Positions 26,899 to 37,852 of a DNA stretch of 64,000 bases are shown one piece after another. The notes under the pieces were generated by a model. The model was not told where the DNA came from. It did no database searches and saw only the letters and a list, made by a program, of their open reading frames with translations. This stretch comes from Eubacteriales bacterium (GTDB lineage: Bacteria > Bacillota > Clostridia > Oscillospirales > CAG-382): NCBI GenBank assembly GCA_045637685.1, contig JAZTZW010000016.1, forward strand, positions 91,670 through 155,669, written 5' to 3'. The position numbers and the translations under genes were made by a program. Numbering within the stretch: the first letter of the stretch is position 1; each line of letters begins with the position of its first letter.

Positions 26899-26935
26899 AA
26901 CGCTTCCCGTTTAAAAACGGGGAGCGTTTTTGTTT
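26899..26935 (+). terminator. rho-independent terminator
   Basis: aacgcttcccgttt aaaa acggggagcgtt followed by tttttgttt. Confidence 0.7.
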
Positions 26936-27049
26936 GGATATTTATTGTATTTCCTCGCACTTATACAAAACCATTCTACTGTCGTAGCTCGCTACGGCGA
27001 CGCTCGAAGTTGACGCAAAACACCCTCATTTCTCTCGGTCTGTATAAAT

Positions 27050-27087
27050 AAAAAATCACCGCATCTTGCGATACGGTGATTCCTTTT
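27050..27087 (-). terminator. rho-independent terminator for the large CBM-repeat gene
   Basis: atcaccg...cggtgat stem with flanking A/T runs. Confidence 0.65.
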
Positions 27088-27088
27088 A

Positions 27089-30000
27089 TTAGTTTTCTTT
27101 GCTGGGCGGAACTTCAACGGGAGGTTGGCTTCCGTCGTAATCGCCGTCGGGGAGAACGGGTTTAGATTCGTCGGTTTCGCCTTTCTCGCTCAATTTTGCA
27201 ACAGTTTCAACCTCGTTGTAGTTTCTTACAAGCACGTCGCCGTAGAAGTCTTTATCGACGTAACCGCCGATGTTTCCGTCGTCATAAACGCCTTCATAGA
27301 AGGTCATATAGCCGCGGAACGCGAAGTCCATATTTGCATAATTCTCGTCGTTCGCGTCAATGCCCCAAAGCGTTACGTAGAATACGAAATTCTTGTAATC
27401 TGCGAAGTTGGACCAGCCGTCAGTTGCTTCATCGGCGCGCTTCTGCCAACCGACAATATTATCTGCGGGATAGTAAGCCGCGTTCGGAGTTTCTATTGTA
27501 AGGTCGTCGAGATTCTCCAACATATACGCAGGAAGGATAACTATACCCATATCCTTAACATCCCAATAGTCCGCGTCGTCCATACCTGCAAGGTAGCGGA
27601 TATATTTTTCCTCGTATCTTGCGCCGAAGCGGATAGCGCCGGTTTCCTCACCATTGTCGGGAGCGATATAGTTTTCGCATATCTTAGCGCCGAGCGATAC
27701 AACGGGTGTGGTATTGTTGCGGAGTCTTGTGCTGTCCTCGATATCTGCAAAATCAATACCGTTATACCAGCGCCAATAGGGGAAGTTGATGCCCCAATAG
27801 TTGTTTGTGCTACCGGGCTCGTTGTATTTTGCAGGATGGTGAAGCGTATAGTCTATCGTCGATAATTTGCCGCTATTGTTGTATGTCTTCGAGGTCTCCA
27901 AAGCCTTATCCGTAGAGTAATAACCCTGCATAACAGCGTTGATGCTGTATTCAAAGCCGTAGCCTTCGGGGTCGAATTCGGACATTCTTACCTTGAATTC
28001 AACGATTGCGTTATAATTTGCACCATTTGTGCTTCGGGTAAGCCCGGAATTTAATCTCTTATCTACGCCCGAGCAAATAATTGCGTGCTGGTTGCCAATG
28101 GTGTAGCTTTCGTTTTTAACGTCCGCATACCAATCTTCGCCGGTTGTGCCGTAATTTTCGTTTTCCTGAACAATATCGGTATAGCCGTAAAATTCAGATT
28201 CGCCGTAAAGCAGGTCGTAAACCATTGTTTCGCCGGTGGCGGGATGTACGTCACCGCCATTGGGGTAATCGGGCTCTTTATTTTGTGCCGCACGGACAAC
28301 AACAGAATTCGGATAGGTTATTATTCCTTCCGGCTTCACGGGCTTTTCGTTCTCGAAATAATATTTTTTTTGTTGTGCGGGGGTCATGTTGTCATACGGT
28401 TTATAGCTATAGTCACTTTCGTTCGACCACGTGCCCGAATTTTCCGGCAGCTTAATGCCGGTTACACCGCTGCCTGCGGTAACGTCATAAAGATATTGAA
28501 AGGTTTCGTGAAGATTGCCGTTCTCGTCCTTCGGATTTATCCAGATACGGAATTCGGGCTTGGTGCCGCCTGGCTCGGTTGCTGTAGACGAAGCCACAGA
28601 ATACTCGTACGGCATATCGAACAACGCCGCAACGTAAAGATATTCGCCGTCGTGACGCAACTGATATTTATAGGTGAAGGGTTCGTTGCCTTGGACAATA
28701 TAGGTGTCGTCGCTGCCGCCCTGAACGGTGCCATTTACCTTGGCGGAAACCTCTATCCAGCCGTTGGGGTCCCAACCGTTATCGTCAAGGTGGCCGTCGA
28801 TGTATATAACCTCGGGTGCGATATGCTGAAGCTTTTCAATGTTCTCTATCGCATTCGCTTTAAGCGTTTCATTCCAAGCGCCGTCGACGTTTGCATACGC
28901 ATTTGCATTGCCCTTTAAATCATTTACCGCGGGGTAAAGCATCTGCTTGAACGCGGGATTGCCGTTACCGTCTTGGTATTGCTCCGCTACGACAAAATAT
29001 TCGAAATTCGTTCTGCCGAATGAATCTTCAAACTCGGTTCCGTTATGGCACTTCAAGCAGTCAAGATCCAAAGCAAATTCAAAGTAGGTGTTGCCGTCGA
29101 GCGTTTGAATATTATACTTGAGATACTTATGAAGCATTTCATTCGAGTAGCCATTTAAGGGAATACCCGTAATGTTTTCGCCGCCGGTATTAGGCTTATA
29201 CGCATAACCTGTCATTTCAATCGCTCCGTCTTTTTTACGAAGAACAAAACGATGTGTTGCGCGCGTTCGTTCGCCCGGTTTAGCGTTTATGAAGATGGCA
29301 AATTGAACATTTTCTTCATCGCTATTTATCTGCGCCGCGCCGTAAAGATATTCGTATCCAACGTATAATTTATATTTGTAGGATAGGTCTTTAGGTGTGG
29401 TGTCGGCTATTGTGGAATTGGAAATATCTACTTGTTCGAATTCGTAGGCAGGATCTTCTTTTTCGTTCCAAAAGAATTCGGAAAAAACGCCGTCCATAAG
29501 AACAGTAGGAACTACATCGGCATACGTAATTCCCATATTGTATCCATCTAATGCATTTGGGTCAAATGTACTTTGTGTGCCACCAATGGGACCGGCAACA
29601 CCGGCTGTAGTGCTTCCCGATTCGACCGAAACATTGTAATATAGTATAGTCTTTGTTGTTGCGGCCTGATCGACCATTTGCTGGTTCAAGTCTATTCCCA
29701 CAGAAGACAAAGGCACTTTGAATTCAACAATGTATCTGTTATCATTCAGTCTTTCTTCTTGCAACTCCGGCATACTTGCATTTTCGGCAGTATCTGCAAC
29801 TGCTTTGACCATAGCCTGTGCCGCAGAAGGATAGCTGGCTCCGCCTTTCCAAACGTAACACGTAGTGTTATTGTCCTTACCTTCAACAACTATTCGGTAG
29901 CTATAAGTAGTGGCGCCGGCAGTATCTTTTAAATATAGGCAAAAACGATCGCCTACCCACTGGTTGTTTGTCATTTCGATAAGAGCGGCACCGTAAAGAT

Positions 30001-31468
30001 ATTCATAATCGAGTTTTACCAAATAAGAAAACTGCTTAACTTCGCCTTTGCCAGCTATACCGTGTTCTCCGTCTATAAAATTATCGTTGCCGCGCAAAGC
30101 TTTCCAAGCCGCATTGTCTATGTTACCGTCTATTACCAATTCATCCGAAAGGTCGGTGTACTTTTCGTCTTTATAGTTGCCAAGAGATATGCCATTGTAG
30201 TATGCTTGGTAATCGTCGTTGGTCCACGCACGAACGTCTACTGTAATTTCATCGTCATTGTCGCCATTTTTTGCAATTCCCAAATAGGGAAGATCTGCTA
30301 CATCTATTCGAAATTCGATATGCACAAGATTTCCGGGTTGGGACTTCATCGCTGCCTTTGTAAGCGTCGAACTAAATCCGGTTTTATTGAGCGTCTTATC
30401 CGTTAACGTAGTCTTCTGTGTTCCATTCTCTTCTGTAAAAACCATTTGGAACTTATGCAAGTTTTCGGTGCTGTTGTTCATAATTATAACTTCGAAGCCT
30501 GTGGTTTTTCTACCGCTGCTCTCTGCCAGATTATCAAACACCATAGCGCTACCATATATGCAGTTGACATCCATACGAATATCTGTCTTAAAGCGAATAG
30601 TTTGTCCGTTTGGATTTTTGTTTGAATAGCTATTGCTGTATTTGACAGTATCAAAGCTCAGCAACGGATAGTTGCCGCTTTTATAGTCGTTGGTATTAAT
30701 TTTGTCTTCTTTTTGATGATAGCCAGTAAGATATGCCCAGTAACCCTCGTCAAGCAAACCGTCGATATTTACATGCGAAGGGAGAGTATGCTCCGAATCC
30801 GAATTGTTGCCATTTTTCATTGCTGTTGCGGGAATTTTTATCGCCTTATCACTATTCCAGCTAGTCGAGGGAGCGTTTGAGGAATAAGCATCAACTGCAG
30901 GATATATTGCGGGGTAGAAAAGCTTGTTGCCATTAAACGTTGCGGAAACGTAGCAAGAAAGCGTCTCTGCCGCTGCTGCATCGCCGAGGGCGTAGCTGAA
31001 TTCAACTATACCGTCGTTGCTTACGAGCTTAACCTGATTTTCGCCAACGGTATTATTTTCCGCGTTGAAAGAAACGGTGGTAACGTTAACACCGTCGTTT
31101 GCAGAATAATATACGTTAAAATCGTGCGCAGCATTGTCGCTGAAATTCACTGCAACGTAAAGATATTCGTGATCTCTGCGGATGCTGTAAGTATAGGAAA
31201 ATCCCTTTTGATCATCAGAAACGGTTGCGTTGTTCCAAACACCGCTTACCGAATCGACTGTGATCCATTCCTTCCAGCCCAAATCATCGATATTGCCGTC
31301 GACCGTAATGGTTTCGGGAATATATTGGTTGGGCGCGTTGTCTATCGATTGGTTTTGCGTTTCGTCTTTTGCAACGCCCTTACCTTGAGCGAACGCAGAA
31401 ATGATCGAAGCGGGTATCATACCCAACACCAAGATCACACAAAGCGCATAAGTTAAAAATCTTTTCAC
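27089..31468 (-). CDS. large secreted protein (1459 aa) built from repeated CBM9/DOMON-like beta-sandwich modules
   Basis: GTG start at 31468 with GAAGGAGAG RBS. Signal peptide MKRFLTYALCVILVLGMIPASIISAFA. Recurring IDGxLDDxGW motifs at five or more positions, each followed by aromatic-rich segments. Confidence 0.65.
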   Translation of the reverse strand: MKRFLTYALCVILVLGMIPASIISAFAQGKGVAKDETQNQSIDNAPNQYIPETITVDGNIDDLGWKEWITVDSVSGVWNNATVSDDQKGFSYTYSIRRDHEYLYVAVNFSDNAAHDFNVYYSANDGVNVTTVSFNAENNTVGENQVKLVSNDGIVEFSYALGDAAAAETLSCYVSATFNGNKLFYPAIYPAVDAYSSNAPSTSWNSDKAIKIPATAMKNGNNSDSEHTLPSHVNIDGLLDEGYWAYLTGYHQKEDKINTNDYKSGNYPLLSFDTVKYSNSYSNKNPNGQTIRFKTDIRMDVNCIYGSAMVFDNLAESSGRKTTGFEVIIMNNSTENLHKFQMVFTEENGTQKTTLTDKTLNKTGFSSTLTKAAMKSQPGNLVHIEFRIDVADLPYLGIAKNGDNDDEITVDVRAWTNDDYQAYYNGISLGNYKDEKYTDLSDELVIDGNIDNAAWKALRGNDNFIDGEHGIAGKGEVKQFSYLVKLDYEYLYGAALIEMTNNQWVGDRFCLYLKDTAGATTYSYRIVVEGKDNNTTCYVWKGGASYPSAAQAMVKAVADTAENASMPELQEERLNDNRYIVEFKVPLSSVGIDLNQQMVDQAATTKTILYYNVSVESGSTTAGVAGPIGGTQSTFDPNALDGYNMGITYADVVPTVLMDGVFSEFFWNEKEDPAYEFEQVDISNSTIADTTPKDLSYKYKLYVGYEYLYGAAQINSDEENVQFAIFINAKPGERTRATHRFVLRKKDGAIEMTGYAYKPNTGGENITGIPLNGYSNEMLHKYLKYNIQTLDGNTYFEFALDLDCLKCHNGTEFEDSFGRTNFEYFVVAEQYQDGNGNPAFKQMLYPAVNDLKGNANAYANVDGAWNETLKANAIENIEKLQHIAPEVIYIDGHLDDNGWDPNGWIEVSAKVNGTVQGGSDDTYIVQGNEPFTYKYQLRHDGEYLYVAALFDMPYEYSVASSTATEPGGTKPEFRIWINPKDENGNLHETFQYLYDVTAGSGVTGIKLPENSGTWSNESDYSYKPYDNMTPAQQKKYYFENEKPVKPEGIITYPNSVVVRAAQNKEPDYPNGGDVHPATGETMVYDLLYGESEFYGYTDIVQENENYGTTGEDWYADVKNESYTIGNQHAIICSGVDKRLNSGLTRSTNGANYNAIVEFKVRMSEFDPEGYGFEYSINAVMQGYYSTDKALETSKTYNNSGKLSTIDYTLHHPAKYNEPGSTNNYWGINFPYWRWYNGIDFADIEDSTRLRNNTTPVVSLGAKICENYIAPDNGEETGAIRFGARYEEKYIRYLAGMDDADYWDVKDMGIVILPAYMLENLDDLTIETPNAAYYPADNIVGWQKRADEATDGWSNFADYKNFVFYVTLWGIDANDENYANMDFAFRGYMTFYEGVYDDGNIGGYVDKDFYGDVLVRNYNEVETVAKLSEKGETDESKPVLPDGDYDGSQPPVEVPPSKEN

Positions 31469-31631
31469 TGTATTCTCTCCTTCTGCACACTTATGTGTTC
31501 ATAAGCGTGCATAAATACTCTATCATAAGTCTTAGTATATACCGCCAAGGCGCATTTGTCAATGGTTTTTTCCAAACAAAAAAAGAGGATAATCGGCAAA
31601 TTTTGCCCATTATCCTGTTTTTTGTATAATT

Positions 31632-32615
31632 CTAAAGCGTTGCCGCCATTACCGCCTTTATTGTGTGCATACGGTTTTCCGCTTCGTCGAAAACGATACT
31701 GCGTTCGCTTTCGATAACCTCGTGGGTAACCTCCATGCAGTCGATGCCGAACTTTTCGTGTATTTCTCTGCCGACAACCGTACCCAAATCGTGGAACGCG
31801 GGCAAACAATGCATAAAGCGGCATTGAGCGCCTGCATTATTCATAATTTCCTGCGTTACGCGGTAGGGGGTAAGCTCGCGAATGCGTTCCTCCCAAACCT
31901 CGGCAGGCTCGCCCATCGAAACCCAAACGTCGGTATAAATAACATCGGCGTTTTTGGTGGCGATTATCGGATCCTCGTTAAATTCAAGCGTTGCGCCGGT
32001 TTCGTTGGCGATTTTTTCGCATTCTGCGATAAGTGCGTTATCGGGGAAATATTTTTTGTTCGTGCAGGCAACGAAATGCATACCCATTTTTGCACATCCA
32101 ACCATAAGCGAGTTGCCCATATTGTAGCGCGCGTCGCCCATATAAACAAGCTTTTTGCCCTTAAGAGAGCCGAAATGCTCGATTATCGTCATAAAATCGG
32201 CAAGAATCTGGGTGGGGTGAAATTCGTTTGTAAGCCCGTTCCAAACCGGAACGCCCGCATATTTCGCAAGCTCCTCGACAATTTCCTGACCGTAGCCGCG
32301 GTATTCGATACCGTCGAACATTCTGCCGAGCACGCGTGCCGTATCGGCAATACTTTCTTTTTTGCCCATTTGCGAGCCTGTGGGGCCCAAATATACAGGG
32401 TGCATACCCAAATCCGCGCCCGCAACCTCAAAAGCACAACGGGTGCGGGTGCTGTCCTTTTCGAACAACAGCGCGATATTTTTGCCCTCGCAAAGCTTAT
32501 GCGGAATACCCGCCTTTTTCTTTGCCTTAAGCTCTATCGCAAGGTCGATAAGCGATTGAATTTCTTCGGGTGTAAAATCGAGTAATTTAAGAAAGCTTCT
32601 TCCTTTTAAAGACAT
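31632..32615 (-). CDS. argF: ornithine carbamoyltransferase
   Basis: [16 protein letters not shown] and VWVSMGE motifs. Confidence 0.85.
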   Translation of the reverse strand: MSLKGRSFLKLLDFTPEEIQSLIDLAIELKAKKKAGIPHKLCEGKNIALLFEKDSTRTRCAFEVAGADLGMHPVYLGPTGSQMGKKESIADTARVLGRMFDGIEYRGYGQEIVEELAKYAGVPVWNGLTNEFHPTQILADFMTIIEHFGSLKGKKLVYMGDARYNMGNSLMVGCAKMGMHFVACTNKKYFPDNALIAECEKIANETGATLEFNEDPIIATKNADVIYTDVWVSMGEPAEVWEERIRELTPYRVTQEIMNNAGAQCRFMHCLPAFHDLGTVVGREIHEKFGIDCMEVTHEVIESERSIVFDEAENRMHTIKAVMAATL

Positions 32616-32624
32616 AAAATCCTC

Positions 32625-33362
32625 CTAAAGCACCTTTGCAAGGAATGCGCGCAGACGTTCGCATTTCGGCGAGCCAAACAGCTCGGTCGGAGCGCCCTCC
32701 TCGGCGATAACTCCGTCATCGAGGAAGATCACGCGGTTGGAAACCTCGCGTGCGAAGCCCATTTCGTGAGTAACGACGATCATCGTCATACCCTCTCTTG
32801 CAAGCTCGCGCATAACGTCGAGCACTTCGCCGACCATTTCGGGGTCGAGCGCGCTCGTCGGCTCATCGAACAGCATCACCTCGGGCTCCATACAAAGCGC
32901 GCGGACTATTGCTACACGCTGTTTCTGACCGCCCGAAAGCTGATTGGGGTAGGAATCGGCTCTATCGGCAAGGCCGACACGCGCCAAAAGCTCCATCGCC
33001 TTTGCGTCTGCCTGCTCCTTTGTGAACTTTTTGAGCATTATGGGAGCGCAGGTGAGGTTTTGAAGAATCGTCATGTGCGGGAAAAGGTTAAATTGCTGGA
33101 ACACCATTCCCATTTTCTGTCTGTGACGGTCGAGGTCGACCTTTTTATCGGTCAAATCCTCGCCCTCGAAAAATATCGAGCCGCCCGTAGGGGTTTCAAG
33201 CAGATTCAGACAACGCAAAAACGTCGATTTGCCCGAGCCAGACGCGCCGATAACACAAACGACATCGCCCTTGTTAATATCGATGCTTACGCCCTTTAAA
33301 ACCGCATTGTTTTCGAAATGCTTTTGAAGACCCTTTACGCTTATAACGGTTTCGTTTTGCAT
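32625..33362 (-). CDS. amino-acid ABC transporter ATP-binding protein
   Basis: Walker [18 protein letters not shown] signature and Walker [15 protein letters not shown] at 33362 with GGAAGG upstream. The longer ORF to 33380 overlaps the permease gene. Confidence 0.85.
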   Translation of the reverse strand: MQNETVISVKGLQKHFENNAVLKGVSIDINKGDVVCVIGASGSGKSTFLRCLNLLETPTGGSIFFEGEDLTDKKVDLDRHRQKMGMVFQQFNLFPHMTILQNLTCAPIMLKKFTKEQADAKAMELLARVGLADRADSYPNQLSGGQKQRVAIVRALCMEPEVMLFDEPTSALDPEMVGEVLDVMRELAREGMTMIVVTHEMGFAREVSNRVIFLDDGVIAEEGAPTELFGSPKCERLRAFLAKVL

Positions 33363-33369
33363 AACGTTA

Positions 33370-34056
33370 TTACCTTCCATCGCTCTTGCGAAGTCTCCTT
33401 TCCAAAACAGATAAAAGCTTTGTCATTATAACGACAAGCAACAGATAGACCAACGCGAGCATGATAATGGGGTTAACGGCATCGAAGGTCTTGTTTCTTA
33501 TATTGGTTGCCGCGCGGGTAAGGTCGACTATGGCAACGTAGCCCGCAACCGAGGTTTCCTTTAACAGCGCGATACATTCGTTACCGATTGCGGGAAGAAT
33601 GTTCTTTATCGCCTGCGGGAAGATTATTTTGCGCATCGCCTGACTTTTAGACATACCGAGGCTTCTTGCCGCCTCCATTTGTCCTTTATCGACAGCGTTA
33701 ATGCCGCTTCGTATAAGCTCTGCCATATATGCGCCCGAATTTATACCAAATGCGATTATGGCAACGGTAACACCGTCTGCCGAAACGAGAATGATATAGA
33801 AAAATACGAGCAAAAGCACCGTTACGGGGATACCGCGTATGACGGTGGTGTAAAGATCGCATATCCAATTCACGAAACGAAGCTTTTTGTTGCCCTCGCT
33901 GAAATATTTCGCGATAGCGATAACCGTGCCGATAGCAACGCCGATAACCAACGCGCCGAGCGTGATTATAAGCGTATTGAGAAAGCCCTCAAACAGCCAT
34001 TCGTAGCGTTCGCCTTCGATGAAGGTTTCGTTAAGTTTAGCCAACCAGTTGTTCAT
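33370..34056 (-). CDS. amino-acid ABC transporter permease (polar amino acid family)
   Basis: About five TM helices with an EAA-like loop ([23 protein letters not shown]). Confidence 0.8.
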   Translation of the reverse strand: MNNWLAKLNETFIEGERYEWLFEGFLNTLIITLGALVIGVAIGTVIAIAKYFSEGNKKLRFVNWICDLYTTVIRGIPVTVLLLVFFYIILVSADGVTVAIIAFGINSGAYMAELIRSGINAVDKGQMEAARSLGMSKSQAMRKIIFPQAIKNILPAIGNECIALLKETSVAGYVAIVDLTRAATNIRNKTFDAVNPIIMLALVYLLLVVIMTKLLSVLERRLRKSDGR

Positions 34057-34131
34057 CGTGTTTTTTCCTTTTTATCAACCGAAAAGCGGCTCCGCGAGGC
34101 GGAGCTGCTTTTTGATTTTTGTATTTTAAAA

Positions 34132-34899
34132 TTATTCGGGCTTAACGTAGGTTTCGCCGAAGTCTTCGAAGATCTTCTTAACGGTGCCGTCGTTTACGAG
34201 CTTGTTAAGAATGGTGGTGATTTCTGCAACAAGAGTTTCGCTGCCCTTTGCGAACGCGAACGCATAGGGTTCTTCGGTCATGTTTTCTTCGAGAATCTTA
34301 AGACCGTCGCCTTCTTCTACCATCTGAATAGCGGTAAGGTTGTCAACTACCCAAGCATCTACCTTGCCGGTGGTAAGAGCTGCCTTTGCATCTGCATTTG
34401 CCTGGAAAGCCTGAACCTCGAGTCCTTCATCGTTACAGCCCTGTTCTGCAGTAGTACCGGTCTGAACCGAAACTTTTTTGCCCGCGAGATCTGCTTTGGA
34501 AGCGATAGCGCTGTCGTTCTTAACAACGATAACCTGAGCCGCTACGTAGTAGGGGTCGGTGAAGAGCATGTTCTTTTCGCGGTCGGGAGTAACGGTAATA
34601 CCCGACATAGCGCAGTCATATTTTGCAGCCTGAATACCGATGAGAACCGAGTCGAAGTCCATCTGAACGAATTCGCATTCAACGCCGAGTTCCTTGCAGA
34701 TAAGCTTCATAATTTCAACTTCGATACCTACGACTTCGTCGCCTTCAAGGCTTTCAAAGGGAGGGAAATCGGGGCTGGTAGCGATAACAAGCTTACCTGC
34801 AGATTTAACGTCTTCAAGCGACTTACCCTGTGCGGAGCAGCCGGTGAAGCATACTGCTACGAAAATAACGGAAAGTAAAAGTGCCAATAATTTTTTCAT
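34132..34899 (-). CDS. amino-acid ABC transporter substrate-binding lipoprotein
   Basis: Lipobox VCFTGC and periplasmic-binding family 3 pattern. Confidence 0.8.
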   Translation of the reverse strand: MKKLLALLLSVIFVAVCFTGCSAQGKSLEDVKSAGKLVIATSPDFPPFESLEGDEVVGIEVEIMKLICKELGVECEFVQMDFDSVLIGIQAAKYDCAMSGITVTPDREKNMLFTDPYYVAAQVIVVKNDSAIASKADLAGKKVSVQTGTTAEQGCNDEGLEVQAFQANADAKAALTTGKVDAWVVDNLTAIQMVEEGDGLKILEENMTEEPYAFAFAKGSETLVAEITTILNKLVNDGTVKKIFEDFGETYVKPE

Positions 34900-34982
34900 T
34901 TTTAATGTTTCCTTTCAAGAAAATATTTTTTTTGTTTTTTATTGTTTATTTAATCGGCATTGCCGAATTGTTTGTATGTCTT

Positions 34983-36359
34983 TTATTTCGCAAGCTCGCT
35001 TTCGACAAATTCTATTTGTCTGTTGCAGGAATCAAGACTCGTTCCGCCGAGCGAAATGCGCTTTGCAACGCAGGTTTCGAGCGAAATTTCGCTGTAAATA
35101 TCCTCGCAGAAGAGCTCGCTGTATGTTTTATAGTCCTCGATAGGCATATCCTCGAGCACACATCGTCGTTTTATGCACTCGGCAACGATGCTTCCTGATA
35201 TTTTATATGCCGAACGGAATGGCATACCCTTTTTAACAAGGTAATCGGCAAGGTCGGTAGCGTTTATAAAGCCTTCCTGCGCCGCACGCTTCATATTTTC
35301 GGGCAAAACCTTCATCGTTTCGATCATCGGGATCATAATTCCGATGCACATTTTAACGGTATCAACCGCATCGAAAATGCCCTCCTTATCCTCCTGCATA
35401 TCCTTGTTATATGCAAGCGGAAGCCCTTTAAGCACGGTGAGTATGCCCATAAGATCGCCGTAAACTCTTCCGGTTTTACCTCTTATAAGCTCCGCCATAT
35501 CGGGGTTTTTCTTTTGCGGCATTATCGAGCTGCCCGTGGTGTATGCATCCGAAAGCTCGACAAATTTGAATTCCCAGCTCGACCAAAGAATAATTTCTTC
35601 GGAAAAGCGCGAAAGGTGCATCATCGTTATCGCACAGCAGTTCACGAATTCCACACAAAAATCTCTGTCCGAAACGCCGTCGATGCTGTTCATACAAATC
35701 CCGTCGAAGCCAAGCTTTTCCGCTTCGAAGATTCTGTCGGTTTCATAGGTCGTCCCTGCGAGTGCGCAACACCCGATGGGCGACATATTCATACGCTTAC
35801 GCATATCGTTAAAGCGGTCGATATCGCGAAGCAGCATCATACAGTAGGCAAGCAGATGATGAGCAAAGGTTATCGGCTGTGCACGCTGAAGATGCGTATA
35901 TCCCGGCATTATTGTCGTTTTGTTTGCCTTTATCTGAACGAGAAGGGCGTTTATAAGCTCTTTAAGAAGCGAAATTATCGTTTCTGCTTCCTCGCGCAGA
36001 TTCATACGAAGGTCAAGCGCGACCTGATCGTTACGGCTTCTTGCGGTGTGGAGCTTTTTGCCGACATCGCCAAGGCGTTCGGTAAGCACCTGCTCGACAA
36101 ACATGTGGATATCCTCGGCTTCCATATTAATAGGAAGCTTACCCGATTCGATATCGCAGAGAATTTCCTCCAAGCCCTTTATTAGGGTGTCGGCCTCCTC
36201 CTGCGTTATGATACCCTTTGCGCCGAGCATTGCGGCGTGAGCCATACTGCCGGTTATATCCTGACGGTACATTCTCGAATCGAAGGAAATCGACGAGTTG
36301 AAATCGTCAGCCATTTTATCTGTTGCGCCGGCGGTTCTGCCCGCCCACATTTTCGCCAT
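34983..36359 (-). CDS. argH: argininosuccinate lyase
   Basis: Fumarate-lyase signature GSSIMPQKKNPD. Confidence 0.9.
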   Translation of the reverse strand: MAKMWAGRTAGATDKMADDFNSSISFDSRMYRQDITGSMAHAAMLGAKGIITQEEADTLIKGLEEILCDIESGKLPINMEAEDIHMFVEQVLTERLGDVGKKLHTARSRNDQVALDLRMNLREEAETIISLLKELINALLVQIKANKTTIMPGYTHLQRAQPITFAHHLLAYCMMLLRDIDRFNDMRKRMNMSPIGCCALAGTTYETDRIFEAEKLGFDGICMNSIDGVSDRDFCVEFVNCCAITMMHLSRFSEEIILWSSWEFKFVELSDAYTTGSSIMPQKKNPDMAELIRGKTGRVYGDLMGILTVLKGLPLAYNKDMQEDKEGIFDAVDTVKMCIGIMIPMIETMKVLPENMKRAAQEGFINATDLADYLVKKGMPFRSAYKISGSIVAECIKRRCVLEDMPIEDYKTYSELFCEDIYSEISLETCVAKRISLGGTSLDSCNRQIEFVESELAK

Positions 36360-36380
36360 TTTATTTCTCCGTTTGGTTAA

Positions 36381-37601
36381 TTAAAGCTTGCCCTGCTCGC
36401 GCAATGCCTGAACCTTGGTGGGAAGACCCCAAAGGTTAATAAAGCCTTCTGCCTGCTTCTGGTCGTAGTCGCTTTCGTCGAAGGTAACGAGATTTTCGGA
36501 ATACAAGGAATAAGGCGAGGTAGTACCCGCGGGAATGATGTTACCCTTATAAAGCTTAAGCTTTACGGTACCGGTAACGTATTTGTTACTTTCGTTTGCA
36601 AACGCGGTAAGAGCTTCCTGCAAGGGGGAATACCACTTGCCGTTATAGATAAGGTCTGCATAATCGACAGCGAGCTTTTGCTTAACGTGAAGCGTATCCT
36701 TATCGACGGTGAGCATTTCGAGCATTTCGTGCGCGAAGTAAAGGATAGTTCCGCCGGGAGTTTCATAAACGCCGCGGTCCTTCATACCCACAAGACGGTT
36801 TTCGACAATATCGATAATACCGATACCGTTTGCACCGCCGACCTTATTGAGCTCTGCGATGATCTTCGAAGCCTTCATCTTTTCGCCGTTGTAGGCAACG
36901 GGCGCGCCTGCTTCGAAATCGATAGAAATATATGTAGGTTCATCGGGAGCCATCATCGGAGAAACACCCATTTCAAGGAAACCGGGCTTATCGTACTGCG
37001 GCTCGTTTGCGGGATCTTCGAGATCCAAGCCCTCGTGGCTCAAGTGCCAGAGGTTCTTATCCTTAGAATAGTTGGTTTCGCGGCTTATTTTAAGAGGAAC
37101 GTTGTGCGCTTCGGCGTAATCTATTTCCTCATCACGCGATTTAATGTCCCATTCGCGCCAAGGAGCGATAATTTTCATTTCGGGAGCGAAGCGCTTTATA
37201 GCAAGCTCAAAGCGAACCTGATCGTTACCCTTGCCCGTTGCACCGTGGCAGATAGCGTCTGCGCCCTCTGCGATAGCAATTTCGGCAAGCTTTTTACCGA
37301 TAACGGGACGTGCAAACGCGGTACCGAGCAAATATGTTTCATACTTAGCGTCCATCTTAAGCGCGGGAATGATTATTTCATCCACCATTTCATCAACAAG
37401 ATCCGCAACGATAAGCTTGCTTGCGCCGGTGGCGATAGCCTTTTCTTCAAGACCTTCAAGCTCGTCTGCCTGACCTACGTTACCGGCAACTGCGATGATT
37501 TCGGGATTATTGTAGTTTTCCTTGAGCCAAGGAATTATTATCGAAGTATCAAGACCGCCCGAATAGGCAAGTACAACCTTTTTAATGTTTTCTTTGTTCA
37601 T
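36381..37601 (-). CDS. argG: argininosuccinate synthase
   Basis: [11 protein letters not shown]-loop. Confidence 0.9.
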   Translation of the reverse strand: MNKENIKKVVLAYSGGLDTSIIIPWLKENYNNPEIIAVAGNVGQADELEGLEEKAIATGASKLIVADLVDEMVDEIIIPALKMDAKYETYLLGTAFARPVIGKKLAEIAIAEGADAICHGATGKGNDQVRFELAIKRFAPEMKIIAPWREWDIKSRDEEIDYAEAHNVPLKISRETNYSKDKNLWHLSHEGLDLEDPANEPQYDKPGFLEMGVSPMMAPDEPTYISIDFEAGAPVAYNGEKMKASKIIAELNKVGGANGIGIIDIVENRLVGMKDRGVYETPGGTILYFAHEMLEMLTVDKDTLHVKQKLAVDYADLIYNGKWYSPLQEALTAFANESNKYVTGTVKLKLYKGNIIPAGTTSPYSLYSENLVTFDESDYDQKQAEGFINLWGLPTKVQALREQGKL

Positions 37602-37685
37602 TTTTCATTACCTTCTGTATGTTTTTTCATTTTGCGTTGCTATTATAATACCGAAAAACTCAAAAGTCAATACCAAAAATGAAAA

Positions 37686-37771
37686 AATATTCAATTTATT
37701 TCAAGTTTTCTTGCACATAAACGCATATTGCTCTGCATATTGTGTATAATTATACATTTATTCAGAATTTT
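37686..37771 (-). promoter_or_regulatory. candidate ArgR/AhrC operators (ARG-box-like) upstream of argG
   Basis: aatattcaatttatttcaag and atacatttattcagaatttt each resemble TGAATAAAAATTCA half-palindromes. Confidence 0.3.
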
Positions 37772-37783
37772 GTGTATATTTGA

Positions 37784-37850
37784 AAAAAACAGAAGCGCGC
37801 CGGCAAAGCGAAAGCGCCGCCGCGTAAAAGCCGCAACGGCGCTATGTGGT
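37784..37850 (-). terminator. GC-rich hairpin terminator after the TPM-domain gene
   Basis: agcgccg...cggcgct and gcgcgccggc...gcgccgccgcg stems, then a T-run on the minus strand. Confidence 0.5.
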
Positions 37851-37852
37851 TA

